64,000 nt of DNA from an uncultured Gemmatimonadales bacterium (GTDB lineage Bacteria; Gemmatimonadota; Gemmatimonadetes; Gemmatimonadales; GWC2-71-9). Positions within the stretch are counted from its first letter, which is position 1. Each line of letters begins with the position of its first letter. The position numbers and the translations under genes were made by a program. Positions 28,940 to 39,500 of the stretch are shown here, piece by piece. Location of the stretch: assembly GCA_963795085.1 (NCBI GenBank), contig CAWCFX010000001.1, positions 128,001-192,000 of the forward strand, in the 5' to 3' direction. Under the pieces are notes generated by a model. The model saw only the letters and a list, made by a program, of their open reading frames with translations, made no database searches and had not been told where the DNA came from.

Positions 28940-30187
28940 TCAATCCGGGCCTCGCTTGAACACCAGCGAGGCGTTGATCCCCCCGAACCCGAAGGAGTTG
29001 CTCAGCATGTATTCGGGCGAGGCGGCCAGCCCTTCGCCCACCAGGTAGTCCAGGTCGCAGGCGGGATCCGGAGTGGAAAGGTTCACATTGGGCGGCAGCC
29101 AGCCACGCTCGCTGGCCAGGGCGCAGATCGCAGCCTCGATGGCGCCGGAGGCGCCCAGGGCATGACCGTAGTACCCCTTGGTGCCGGAGAGGGGGATCCG
29201 GTAGGCGTGGTCGCCGAAGACCTGCTTGATGGACGCCGTCTCGGTCGGGTCGTTGAGCGGGGTGCTCGAGCCGTGGGCATTGATATAGCCGACCGCCTCA
29301 GGAGCGATCCGGGCCTCCGCCAGCGCCAGCTTCATGGCCCGGGCCGCCTGGCGGCCATCGGGCCGGGGCGCGGTCATGTGGTGGGCATCGTTGGTGAGGC
29401 CGTAGCCGCACACCTCGGTGTAGATCCGGGCGCCCCGGGCCAAAGCCCGGCTCCGCTCCTCCAGGACCAGGACCGCCGCCCCTTCCGCCATCACGAACCC
29501 GTCGCGGCCGGCGTCGAACGGGCGGCTGGCGCTTTCCGGGTCGCCGTTGCGGGTGGACATGGCCCGGATGATGGCAAAGGCGCCGTACGCCAGGGGCGAG
29601 AGGGGCGCCTCGACGCCACCGGCCAGCATGATGTCGGCCTCGCCCCGCTGGATCGCCCGGAGCGCGTCGCCGATGGCAATGGTGCCGGAGGCGCAGCTCA
29701 TGCCGTTGGTGGAGTTGGGGCCGGTGATGCCGAACTCGATCGCCACGTTGCAGCTCGAGGCGCCGGCGAAGACCTTGAGTGCCAGGGAAGGATCCACCTC
29801 CCGTATACCCCCCGTGAGATACGCATGGTGCTGCGACTCGGCCTCGGCCACGCCGCCGAGCGCGGTCCCCATCATGACGCCGAACTGGTCCGGATCCCCC
29901 TTTCGTGAGTCGATCTCCGCATCCTCCAGCGCCAGCCTCGACGCCGCGATGCTGAACAGCGCGAACCGGTCCAGCCTGCGGGCCCGCCGCTCCTCGACAT
30001 GATCCGAATTGTGGAAATCGTTGACTTCCGCGGCTATGTGACATTTGAACGGCGAGGGGTCGAACCGGGTAACGGTCCGCACCGCCGACTGCCGCCGCTG
30101 GAGGCCGCTCCAGAAGTTTTCCTTGCCGGTGCCGATCGGCGAAATGATCCCGACGCCAGTGACGACCGCCCTGCGCTGCCTATCCAT
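28940..30187 (-). CDS. Beta-ketoacyl synthase (FabF/KS-alpha-like)
   Basis: Intact Cys-His-His triad (SCASG, INAHGSST, GHALGASG), SRPFD..RDGFV and SNSFGFGG; start at ATG 30187. Confidence 0.93.
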   Translation of the reverse strand: MDRQRRAVVTGVGIISPIGTGKENFWSGLQRRQSAVRTVTRFDPSPFKCHIAAEVNDFHNSDHVEERRARRLDRFALFSIAASRLALEDAEIDSRKGDPDQFGVMMGTALGGVAEAESQHHAYLTGGIREVDPSLALKVFAGASSCNVAIEFGITGPNSTNGMSCASGTIAIGDALRAIQRGEADIMLAGGVEAPLSPLAYGAFAIIRAMSTRNGDPESASRPFDAGRDGFVMAEGAAVLVLEERSRALARGARIYTEVCGYGLTNDAHHMTAPRPDGRQAARAMKLALAEARIAPEAVGYINAHGSSTPLNDPTETASIKQVFGDHAYRIPLSGTKGYYGHALGASGAIEAAICALASERGWLPPNVNLSTPDPACDLDYLVGEGLAASPEYMLSNSFGFGGINASLVFKRGPD

Positions 30188-30641
30188 GGTTCCGCTCCAC
30201 ATATCGCGCGATCCCCGCCAGGGTCCGCGAGGCAATTCCGTGAATGAACACCGGGCCGATGACCAGCTTCGCTGCGGCCCTTCCCACGAGGGGCCAGGAC
30301 GGACCCTCCCACTCGTGAATGATCGTTACGTCGGTGCCGCCCTCCGCTGCTTCCATCTGCCACACCACATCCATGCCCCGAGTGATCCCTTCGATGTGGC
30401 GGTAACGGACCTGGCCCGCCACCCGGTCGATCTCCATGTGGGAGACCCACCAGGTGGGATAGCGGACGATCCCGAAGGGCCGCCAGGCCGCCATCTCGAC
30501 GATTCCCGCGTCGCCGGCGCGTTCCCGCATCCGGACCCAGCGGTAGTGGCCCAGCAGGGCGGGCCACTGCTCGACGTCGGCGGCGGCTGTGAAGACCGGC
30601 GCCAGCGGCGCCCGCATGAACCGGCGATCCACGGTTCGCAT
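30180..30641 (-). CDS. SRPBCC/START family protein (polyketide cyclase/aromatase-like)
   Basis: APLAPVFTAAADVEQWP start motif typical of Polyketide_cyc/Coq10-like proteins; W-rich beta strands. Confidence 0.82.
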   Translation of the reverse strand: MRTVDRRFMRAPLAPVFTAAADVEQWPALLGHYRWVRMRERAGDAGIVEMAAWRPFGIVRYPTWWVSHMEIDRVAGQVRYRHIEGITRGMDVVWQMEAAEGGTDVTIIHEWEGPSWPLVGRAAAKLVIGPVFIHGIASRTLAGIARYVERNHG

Positions 30642-31333
30642 TACCCGGGTCTCCACGTGGCAACCAGGCGGTAGGGCGGCTTGCAATCACAGCGAGCCGC
30701 GATCCCGGCCTCCCGGAAGAGTCCGCGGAACTCCTGCAGGGAGTACCCCCGCCGCACCGAAGTGATCCCGTCGAGGCGGGTGGGCCGATCAAACCGGAGC
30801 AGTCGCGCCGCCACCCAGAACCCGGCCACCGCCAGCCGGGCCCGCTCCAGATCCGTGACGATGACACCGACCCGGGCGACCCGGTCGCACTCCTGGAGGA
30901 TGCGGATGGCCGCGTCGCGGCGGAGATGGTGGATCAGCTGGCTGACCAGCACCAGGTCCACGGACCTGTCCTGCATCGGCAGGGAACCAGCGCAACCCAC
31001 CATCGCGGGAATGCCGCCGTCGCGGGCCAGGGCGGCCGCCGCAAGACTCCGGTCCAGTCCGAGAGGCCGGAGGACAATGCTCCGCCGCGCGGCCCACCGT
31101 TCCGCCACGGCCGGGAGGTCGCCGGCGCCGGTTCCCACATCGAGGAGGGTCAACGGAGAGGCCGGAGTGAACCCACGGAGGACCAGCCCCAGCCCGTGGC
31201 GTAGCGCGGCCCGGCCGCCCAGCCAGCGATTGGAGCGGGCGATATGGCGGAGCGAACTCCGCACCACCAGCGGATCCGCGGCGGGATCGTCGAGCAGTTC
31301 CACCCCGACCGTCGCCGTGGCGAGCCCGGTCAT
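30641..31333 (-). CDS. Class I SAM-dependent methyltransferase
   Basis: LLDVGTGAGD motif; ELLDDP, NRWLGG and DGITSVRR motifs of the family often found beside type III PKS genes. Confidence 0.88.
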   Translation of the reverse strand: MTGLATATVGVELLDDPAADPLVVRSSLRHIARSNRWLGGRAALRHGLGLVLRGFTPASPLTLLDVGTGAGDLPAVAERWAARRSIVLRPLGLDRSLAAAALARDGGIPAMVGCAGSLPMQDRSVDLVLVSQLIHHLRRDAAIRILQECDRVARVGVIVTDLERARLAVAGFWVAARLLRFDRPTRLDGITSVRRGYSLQEFRGLFREAGIAARCDCKPPYRLVATWRPG

Positions 31334-31812
31334 CCCCGCGCCATCCCGGCGTAGCCGCCCCGGTAATAGAGAAGCGGCTCGCCCTCGCTGGTGCCCCCGC
31401 CTACTACCCGGCCGATGTAGATGGAGTGGTCGCCCGCAAGATGGACCGCCTCCCGCGCGCACTCGATATAGGCGAGCACCCCGTCGAGGATGATGCCGCC
31501 CCGGTCGCTCCGCGAAAACCCCACGCCTTCGAACCGGCGGGTGCCCTGGTCGGCGAAACGGCGGGAGACGGCCTCCTGGTCCGCGGCCAGGATGTTGACG
31601 GTAAAGCGGTCGGTTCCGCTCAGCGTTCCGTGCATCTCGGCCGAGTGGTCAATACACAGGGACACCAGGGGAGGATTGAGGGAAACCGAGGCAAGCGAGT
31701 TGGCGGTCATGCCTGCGGGGTTGCCGTCCCCATCCTGGGCCGTGATCACGGTTACCCCGGTCGCGAAGCGCCCCAGCAGCTGGCGGAACCTGGCGGAATC
31801 CACGTCGGCCAT
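31330..31812 (-). CDS. Flavin reductase family protein
   Basis: FRQLLGRFATGVTV, SVSLNPPL, GDH and PLLYYRG motifs. Confidence 0.93.
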   Translation of the reverse strand: MADVDSARFRQLLGRFATGVTVITAQDGDGNPAGMTANSLASVSLNPPLVSLCIDHSAEMHGTLSGTDRFTVNILAADQEAVSRRFADQGTRRFEGVGFSRSDRGGIILDGVLAYIECAREAVHLAGDHSIYIGRVVGGGTSEGEPLLYYRGGYAGMARG

Positions 31813-31813
31813 G

Positions 31814-33046
31814 TCAGATCACCATTCGCGAAAGGAAGAGCGGGTTGAGCACCCGGCGCGCCGGCACGAAGTCGGCGGTGACGCCGATCAGGGTGTGGGC
31901 CATCGAGCCGCGCCGCCCCAACCGGTCCACGGCCCGGTCAAAGAGCGCCGGGGCCAGCATGCCGTAGCCCAGCAGCCGCTCGACGGCCCACTTGCCAAGA
32001 AACGCCCGGCGCCGGGCCCGCGGATACCCTTTCAGATTGGCAGCGCGGGCCGGTCCCGCAGGCTGCAGCGCCTGGATCGCCGCATCGGAAGCCAGTTCGG
32101 CGCCGCGGAGCGCGGTGTAAATCCCCTCGCCGGTGAACGGGTCGAAAAAATCCGCGGCGTCTCCGACCAGCAGGGCGCCCTCGGCGATCACCCGGCGGGC
32201 CCGGGTACTGAAGGGCCCGGTGGCGGCGATTTCGCCGGTCAGTCCGGCCCGGTCGATTCGTCCCCGCACGCCGGGAAACGTCTCCAGCGTCTCGAAGAAA
32301 AACTCGGTCACCCGGCCCCGCGCACCTTCGGCCCGGCGGATGGGCACGACCATGGCCACGTTGGCCAGGCCGTGGCTCAGCGGATTGAGCCCGGCATACC
32401 CCGCCGCGCTGACGTGCATTTCAGCTCCGGATCCGAGACCGCCCACGCCCCGGATGTGGGCGACAAAGGCCATGCGTCGGGGCCGCGCGATGCGCACCCC
32501 TCCCATCCGGCGCGCCACCACCGATCGAAGGCCGTCGGCTCCCACCACCAGGCGGGCGGCCAGGGTGCGGGTACTCCCCGCGGGATCGCGGAGCCGGACG
32601 CCCCGCACCATCCCGGCCTCGGTGACCAGGTCCTCCACGGCATGTCCGGGCAGAAACCCGGCGCCGGCCTCGAGTGCGCGGTGGAGCAGCACCTCGTCGA
32701 GTACCCGCCGCGTCACCGAGAGCCCGACCGCATCAGGCCGCTGGGACGTGGCCTGGGCGAATTTTCCGGTGAGGGTGGAGCCACGGGACGTGACCACCGT
32801 GGTGCCGGTCAGTGGCTGGGCCCCCCGGCGCCACAACTCGTCCAGAACACCGATCCGGTCCAGCCGGTCGGCGGCCCCAGGGCCCAGATATTCGGAACAG
32901 GGCTTGTCGCGCGGGAAGGAGCAACGATCCACCAGCACGACGTGGTACCCGGCCCGGGCCAGCCAGAACGCCGTGGCGCTGCCGGCGGGGCCGGCACCGG
33001 CGATCAGGACGTCGAGCGCTCTGGTGGGGGAGATGGCAGCCGGCAC
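31814..33046 (-). CDS. FAD-dependent oxidoreductase (geranylgeranyl reductase-like)
   Basis: GAGPAG, FPRDKPC, VGADG and LVGDAA..DPFTGEGI motifs. Confidence 0.88.
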   Translation of the reverse strand: MPAAISPTRALDVLIAGAGPAGSATAFWLARAGYHVVLVDRCSFPRDKPCSEYLGPGAADRLDRIGVLDELWRRGAQPLTGTTVVTSRGSTLTGKFAQATSQRPDAVGLSVTRRVLDEVLLHRALEAGAGFLPGHAVEDLVTEAGMVRGVRLRDPAGSTRTLAARLVVGADGLRSVVARRMGGVRIARPRRMAFVAHIRGVGGLGSGAEMHVSAAGYAGLNPLSHGLANVAMVVPIRRAEGARGRVTEFFFETLETFPGVRGRIDRAGLTGEIAATGPFSTRARRVIAEGALLVGDAADFFDPFTGEGIYTALRGAELASDAAIQALQPAGPARAANLKGYPRARRRAFLGKWAVERLLGYGMLAPALFDRAVDRLGRRGSMAHTLIGVTADFVPARRVLNPLFLSRMVI

Positions 33047-33049
33047 GGC

Positions 33050-33475
33050 TCAGCCTATCCGGTCGTAGGGAACACCATCGAGAACCAGCCGGTCCGGGGA
33101 AAAATGTTCGAGTGTCCACCGAAAGGACACGGCGGCCGGGTTGCCATCAAAGCTCACCAGCACCACGCCGGTGCCGGCCTGCCAGGTGCAGTGCACGCCG
33201 GTCGAAAACGTCCGGTCTTCCAACACGGAATAGATTTCCGATACCCGTTGACACCCTCCCCCGGCGCCAAAGGTCCACCGGGTGGTGTGCCGTTGCAGGT
33301 CCTGGCTGGTTTGAAAAATGAAGGTCGCCTCCCAACTGCCCACGAAGGCCGGTCCGCTTCCGCCTCCGCCTCCGCCCAGGTTGCCGCCGCCGCCGCCCAG
33401 GCCGGTCGGATCGCGCACGGCGCCCTCGCACGCCGCCAGGGCGAGGAGACAAGCGAGAATGGAGAGACGTCGCAT
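33050..33475 (-). CDS. Hypothetical lipoprotein (Gly linker plus beta-rich domain)
   Basis: MRRLSILACLLALAA-C lipobox from ATG 33475; poly-Gly linker; FVGSW lipocalin-like start. Confidence 0.75.
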   Translation of the reverse strand: MRRLSILACLLALAACEGAVRDPTGLGGGGGNLGGGGGGSGPAFVGSWEATFIFQTSQDLQRHTTRWTFGAGGGCQRVSEIYSVLEDRTFSTGVHCTWQAGTGVVLVSFDGNPAAVSFRWTLEHFSPDRLVLDGVPYDRIG

Positions 33476-33480
33476 GGGTG

Positions 33481-33717
33481 TCAGCGCTCCTCGGCCAGCG
33501 CGTCGCGGATTCTCTCGCGTAGCTGGTCCGGGCAGGGTTCCCTTCCCAGCCGCTGGCCGATCACGACCACGAACCGGGCTTCCAGCCGGGCATGTCGTTC
33601 GCAGGGGTTGCATTTGTCCAGGTGGCGCTGCACCGCGCCGGCCGCTTCCGGCGAAAGCTCCCGTTTCAGGAAGTCCATGAGCAGGTCGAGCGCCTGCTGG
33701 CAGGTGAGTGCGCTCAC
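33481..33717 (-). CDS. Zinc-binding anti-sigma factor (zf-HC2, RsrA/RshA-like)
   Basis: C...HLDKCNPC (HxxxCxxC); GTG 33717 overlaps the sigma factor TGA; soluble, 78 aa. Confidence 0.88.
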   Translation of the reverse strand: MSALTCQQALDLLMDFLKRELSPEAAGAVQRHLDKCNPCERHARLEARFVVVIGQRLGREPCPDQLRERIRDALAEER

Positions 33718-34280
33718 GGTGTCTCCCGGGGTTTGATATAGCCCATGGCAACGGCGTGGGAGTACAGGTCGTTCTGCATGAGCCTCCTGGCGCGGAAGAG
33801 CCGCGACTTCACCGTGCCGACCGGGATGTCGAGCGCGCCGGCGATCTCCGCGTAGGGCAATCCTTCGATATCGCTCAGTACCAGTACCTCGCGAAAATCC
33901 TCGGGCAGGCCCTCGACGGACTGGAGGATCCGCCGGTCCACGATCTGGTCGAAGAAGGTGCCTTCGGGATCGTCCGCGCCGGCCTCGCTGATCCGCGCCT
34001 CCGCATCCAGGAGGGCGGGGTCGAGGCTCACCGGCTCGCGTTTCTCCCGGCGGTAGAGATTGATGAACGTATTCCGCATGATGGCCAACAGCCACGCCCG
34101 GGCGCTGGTTCCCGGCTGGAACCGCTCCCACGCACGGTACGCCTTGAGAAGCGTATCCTGGACCAGGTCCTCGGCCCGGGCCGGTTCACCGGTATAGCGC
34201 AACCCGACCCGGTACAGCAGGTCGAGATGGGGAAGGATCTCCTGGTTGAACGCCTCGCGGCCGCCCGCATTTCCACTCAT
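33714..34280 (-). CDS. ECF RNA polymerase sigma factor (SigR/SigH-like)
   Basis: AEDLVQDT, FQPGTSARAWL and YAEIA..LDIPVGTVKSRL motifs; start at ATG 34280. Confidence 0.93.
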   Translation of the reverse strand: MSGNAGGREAFNQEILPHLDLLYRVGLRYTGEPARAEDLVQDTLLKAYRAWERFQPGTSARAWLLAIMRNTFINLYRREKREPVSLDPALLDAEARISEAGADDPEGTFFDQIVDRRILQSVEGLPEDFREVLVLSDIEGLPYAEIAGALDIPVGTVKSRLFRARRLMQNDLYSHAVAMGYIKPRETP

Positions 34281-34368
34281 GCCGCAAATGTAGCGGGAAG
34301 ACGCGCTTCCCCGCTTCCCTGCTCCCCCGCTACTTTTCCCGCTCCTTTCCCGAAATGACGACGACGCC

Positions 34369-34998
34369 GTGCCCGAGCAACCCTCCGTCCACGCTTTTAT
34401 TCCGCTCAGCCTTCTGGAAGCCATTCGCAACCTGGACACCCCGGTCGAAGACGGGCTTGAGGAACTGGCCGGCGAGATGGTTTCCAAGCGGCTGGGCCTG
34501 AGTCCGACCGTGGCCGCCCAGATCGCCCGCTATCAGGAAATGGCGCGGCGGGACGGCCATGTCACCGTGGAGGAAGCCCTCTCTGTCTTTCGCCTGGTGG
34601 ACCGCCGTCCCGACGCCACCCTCGTCTTTGCCGACGGCGGCCGCCGGGCGGCGCGCCATGCCCTTCGGGCGGGTCGCTTCGCGGCGAAAAGCCCGGCCCC
34701 CGGCCGGCCGGGAACGGTCGCCCGGGCACTGGGGCTTCGCCGGGCGGTCGGTGTGGCGAAGAAGATCTTCGGGGCCGATCTCCGGGTGAAGGGCCCGGTG
34801 GCGGCGGCCGAGGTCGCGTCTCCGGTCTCGGCGGTGATCGCGCGGGAATCGAAAGGCTGCGCGTTCTACGGCGCCCTGCTGGGAGAAATGCTGCGATTCC
34901 AGGTCGGATTCGAGGGGGTGATGATTCACGAACGCTGCCGGGCCCGGGGTGATACGGTATGCCAATGGCGCGGTACCCATACCGGAGGCTACGAATGA
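34369..34998 (+). CDS. Hypothetical protein with V4R-like C-terminal domain
   Basis: GCAFYGA...HERCRARGDTVCQW resembles the V4R/4VR Cys pattern. Confidence 0.65.
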   Translation: MPEQPSVHAFIPLSLLEAIRNLDTPVEDGLEELAGEMVSKRLGLSPTVAAQIARYQEMARRDGHVTVEEALSVFRLVDRRPDATLVFADGGRRAARHALRAGRFAAKSPAPGRPGTVARALGLRRAVGVAKKIFGADLRVKGPVAAAEVASPVSAVIARESKGCAFYGALLGEMLRFQVGFEGVMIHERCRARGDTVCQWRGTHTGGYE

Positions 34999-36176
34999 GC
35001 CGACTGGCCGAGCTGGACCGCGCCGCGCTGGGAGCGGCGCTCGAGGACCTGGATGCCGATGGCTGGTTGATCTACGATTTTCACGGACTCAACCCGGTGG
35101 CCGGGAGGATCCTGGGGCTTGGCGGGATGGGAACCCGGCGGCTCTTCGCGTGGCTGCCTCGGGAAGGCGACCTCGTGGCGGTGGCGCACAAGATCGAACT
35201 CCAGCCGCTGGAACACTTTCCTGGCCGGGTTATACCCTATGCTACCCACCAGGAGCTTCACGCCGCCTTGCGGGACATCGTCGGGGGCAGGACCGCCGCC
35301 ATGGAGATCTCGCCTGATGACGCGGTCCCCTATCTTGACCGGGTCCCCTACGGGGTCGTCGGATTGCTGACCCGGCTGGGGGCCACGGTGATACCCTCGG
35401 ACGCGCTGGTGAGCCGCTTTGCGGCCGGATGGAGCCGGGCCGAGCTCGATGATCATCTCTTTGCGGCCGAGGTGCTGGCGTCGGTGGCGCGGGGCGCGCT
35501 GGAGGGAGCCGTGCACCGGGGCGGAACCGGGCTCCGGGAGGCCCAGCTGCAAGCCGAGGTCATCGGAGCCATGGAGGAGGGAGGGCTGGTGCTCGATTCC
35601 CTGCCGATCGTGGGGTTCGGGCCAAATTCGGCCAACCCGCACTACGAGCCGCACGCGGGGGCGGACCGGGAACTTGAGGAGGGGGATGTCATCCTCCTGG
35701 ACCTGTGGGCAGGCCGGGGCCGGAAGACGGTGTTCGCGGACCAGACCTGGATGGCCTATGCGGGCAGGTCGGTTCCCGACGATGTGGACCGGGTCTGGCG
35801 GACGGTCCGGGACGCGCGGGATGCGGCAATCACGCGGCTTCGGGATGGCCGGGCCCGGAACGAGCCGGTGGCGGGGTACCAGCTGGACCGGGCGGCGCGT
35901 AACCTGATCACGGAAGCGGGGTACGGGGAGTATTTCGTCCACCGGACCGGCCACTCGATTGATCGGGACCTTCACGGTTCCGGCCCGCATCTCGACGATT
36001 TCGAGACCCACGACGACCGCGAACTGGTGACGGGGGTAGGCTTTTCGGTGGAGCCGGGGGTCTATCTGCCCGGGCGGTTCGGAGTGAGGAGCGAGGTCAA
36101 CGTTTACAATGCGGCGGAGGGACCGCTGGTGACTCCATCGGCTCCCCAGCGCGACCTTATAATAATGAAGAGCTGA
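34995..36176 (+). CDS. M24 family (Xaa-Pro) peptidase
   Basis: ANPHY, LLD..., FADQT, HRTGHSI, SVEPGVY and GVRSE metal-ligand motifs; ATGA overlap. Confidence 0.92.
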   Translation: MSRLAELDRAALGAALEDLDADGWLIYDFHGLNPVAGRILGLGGMGTRRLFAWLPREGDLVAVAHKIELQPLEHFPGRVIPYATHQELHAALRDIVGGRTAAMEISPDDAVPYLDRVPYGVVGLLTRLGATVIPSDALVSRFAAGWSRAELDDHLFAAEVLASVARGALEGAVHRGGTGLREAQLQAEVIGAMEEGGLVLDSLPIVGFGPNSANPHYEPHAGADRELEEGDVILLDLWAGRGRKTVFADQTWMAYAGRSVPDDVDRVWRTVRDARDAAITRLRDGRARNEPVAGYQLDRAARNLITEAGYGEYFVHRTGHSIDRDLHGSGPHLDDFETHDDRELVTGVGFSVEPGVYLPGRFGVRSEVNVYNAAEGPLVTPSAPQRDLIIMKS

Positions 36177-36343
36177 AGTCTTATCCTCCGGAAAGCGCTC
36201 CATTTCCGGATGGCGCGGGGGCGGGTGTGCATGACCCGATGGCACCTTCGTCCTAGGCGCGACATCGACAGATCCGTTACATCTTGCGTTGTTTCAGGGA
36301 GTTACGGACCGGTCGGTGAACCCAGGCTGAAACACGGTCTTCC

Positions 36344-36372
36344 TTGACATGCGATTTTGGGGGCTCCATATT
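36344..36372 (+). promoter_or_regulatory. Sigma70 promoter candidate for the TBDR operon
   Basis: TTGACA-N17-CATATT, implying a leader of about 180 nt. Confidence 0.65.
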
Positions 36373-36561
36373 GTCAGTCCGACCGGGCCGCGGTCGGAAA
36401 TCCAGGTTTCCAGTTAGTTGCCTCTCTTCTCTCCACATCGCAGGTCGCAGGGCCAACACGGGTGTCGCATTCCGTTCCCGGCGTCTCTTGCTGGGGCGCG
36501 TGTGCTTGCAGGCCGAAGGTTCGGCAGTAATTCTGTGTTCACGCCTTTGGAGGACGTCCAC

Positions 36562-39500
36562 ATGAAACAAAGCTGTGTCAGCGCCTTCGCACGCGTTGCG
36601 CGATTCGTCGCCATCGCGGCAGTGGCTCTGGGGTTCAGCGCGGGAGCGCTGTATGCCCAGGCGACTGGTAAGATCGAAGGCAGAGTGCGCGATCAGGCGG
36701 GAGCGCCGATCGCCAACGCCCAGGTCACCATCGTCGGCACCGCGTTTGGTGCCCTGACGAACAACCAGGGATACTACTTCTTCAACAACGTGCCGGTAGG
36801 TACGGCCAGTGTTCGCGCGGCATTCGTGGGTTACAAGTCAGCTGAGGCGCAGGGTGTCCGCGTCCTGGCCGGCCAGACCGTGACCCAGGACATTCAGCTT
36901 GAGCAGACGCCGTTCCAGGTGGACGAGATCACCGTGACGGCGGCCGCCACCCCGCTGGTGCCGCGCGACGAGGTCACCACCCGTCAGCGGCTGCAGGGCG
37001 ATTACGTGGAAGCCCTGCCGGCGGACCGGATCAACAACGTCCTCGCGCTCCAGCCGGGCGTGGTGGCGAGTCCGGGCGGCGGCGCCCTTTCCATCCGCGG
37101 CGGCCGGACCGACCAGGCCGCGACCTACGTGGACGGCGTACCCACCACCCCGGGGTACCGGGGCACCGGGTTCCGGTCCTCGCTGCAGGGCGGCAACGGT
37201 GCCTCGATCGGCACCAATGCCTTTGAGCAGGCCTCGGTGACCACCGGCGCCTCCTCGGCCGAGTTCGGCAATGCCCAGTCCGGCATCATCAACATCGAGA
37301 CCCGGACCGGCGGCTCCACCCTGCGCGGCAACGTGCAGTACGAGACCGACGAGCCGTTCGGCGTCAGCCGGAGCCAGGGCTTCAACCGGGTCCAGGGCAG
37401 CGTTGGCGGCCCGACCGGCATCAGCAACCTGACGTTCTTCCTGTCCGGCGTGCTGGAAGGCCGGCAATCGCAGGGCGCCGGGTTTGACTCCGAGAAGTTC
37501 CCGGTCTTCATCCCGGTGGGTGTGGACACCACGGTGGCCGTGCCCAGCGTCGTCGGGAGTGCCACGGCGGATACCACCTTTGTCAATGTGCAGCAGTTCG
37601 CCATCGCGCGGGGAGACTGCGACACCTTCTCGAGCAGCAGCAACTCCGATATCGCCAACAATTACGGCTTTGACTGCCAGGGTGTCCGGTTCCCGGGCTC
37701 CGCGTCAACGGTCTATCAGACCACGGCCAAGCTGAACTACACCTTCGGCACGGGCAGCCGGATTTTCCTGGCCTGGCAGGGCAGCCGGAACCACGGCCGG
37801 AACGCGGGAGGGTTCAATAACCCGCAGAACATCTCCGGCTTCCGGATCAACAACAACAATGTCACCCTCGGGTGGACCCAGAACCTGAGCAAGTCGGCCG
37901 ACCGCGCCCTCGCGCTGGACGCCTACCTGTCCTACCAGACGGACCGCCAGGTCGGCAGCATCCTGACCCGGCAGGCCGAGCTGGATTCCCGCGATCCCTT
38001 CGGCGGGTTCATTCTCGGCGGGATCGACTTCCTGTTTGACTTCGATAACTTCCCGCTCAATGATGAGCTGATCAACAATTTCCGAAACAACATTCCGGGC
38101 AGCCGGCGGACTCCGCTGGATCTGGAGAACACCAGCCAGTACTCCCTTATTGACAAGTATCGCAACAGCCCCTACGGCCTGGGCGGCGGTTCGGAGACGG
38201 GTGGCCCGAATGGCGCCTTGACTCTTTACCGTGAGAACCGGCTCCGCGGCAAGGTCAACCTCGACTGGCAGTTCGACCGCTATAACCGGGTCAAGCTGGG
38301 TGGCGAGTTTACCCGGTTCGAGATTGGCAGCTACAACCACACCCTGACCAGCCAGGCCTTCTCCGAGGCCTTCATCGAGAAGCCGATCCAGTACGACGTC
38401 TTCCTCGAGGACCGGCTGGACCTGGGCGACGTGGTCGTGGTGGGCGGCCTGCGGTACGATTTCTATGACTCCCGCGCGGCCCGGCCCTACGTGCTGGACA
38501 CCGTGTCGAGCAGCGCGACCTTCGGCCAGTACAGTTACTTCCCGACGCCCAACAGCTACGGCTCCGGCGGCGTGATGTTCAACGGGCTGCCGCTGGCCAA
38601 GTACGTGGATGACCCGACCCACGACTACCTGAGCCCCCACATCCAGGTGTCGTTCCCGGTCACCGACCGGACCAACTTCCGGCTCTCCTACGCCCACCAG
38701 GTGCAGGCCCCGGACTTCAACCTGATCCTGGGCGGCGTCAACACCGACCTGCGGGTCACCAACACCAACCACGTGTACGGTTCCGACCTCGACTTCGGCA
38801 AGACCATCACCTTCGAGTTCGGCATCCGGCACGCGTTCAGCGACGACATGGTGCTGGACATCTCGGCGTACAACAAGGACATCCTGTCCGATGCCACCGG
38901 CCGGCTGGTTTCGTTCCCGGACCCGGCCCGGCTGGGCGAGAACGTGGACATCCGGATCTTCACCAACGCCGACTTCGGCAACGCCCGGGGCATCGATCTT
39001 CGGCTGGACCGGCGGATCGGGCGGTTCTTCAACGGGGTCCTGAGCTACACCTTCCAGGACGCCAAGAACACCGGGTCGGACCCGTTCACGTACATCAACT
39101 TCGGCTCCCGGATCATCAACCAGATCTCGGGCGGCAACCAGCCCCCGCCGCAGGGCATCTTCGCGACGGCCAACAGCCGGCCGCACAACCTGGCGGGTTC
39201 CTTCGCGCTCACCGTTCCGAGCGACTGGAAGGAAGGCTCCACGGTGGGCTCCATACTCCGCGGGGTTGGCATCACGGCGCTGTTCCGCTACTCCAGCGGC
39301 ACCGCCTACACCAAGTGCCCGGCGGACACCGGCAATGAGGCCGTCATCTCGGGCCAGGTCTGCGACCGCGAATTCGAGGGCGACTTCTTCGGCGCCCGGC
39401 GGCCGGCGTACAAGCAGTTGGACATGAAGTTCACCAAGGGCTTCGGCCTGGGCGGACTGGACATCACGGCGTACCTCGATGCCCGGAACATCCTCAACTT

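Noticed and set aside
28940..30641. Canonical type II aromatic PKS
   Set aside because: No chain-length factor or ACP in the window; kept only as an atypical cluster.
31814..33046. Flavin-dependent halogenase (adjacent flavin reductase)
   Set aside because: No WxWxIP motif; it has the FPRDKPC geranylgeranyl-reductase-type motif instead.
36380..36561. Riboswitch (cobalamin/TPP) in the TBDR leader
   Set aside because: No B12 box or TPP CUGAGA core seen.
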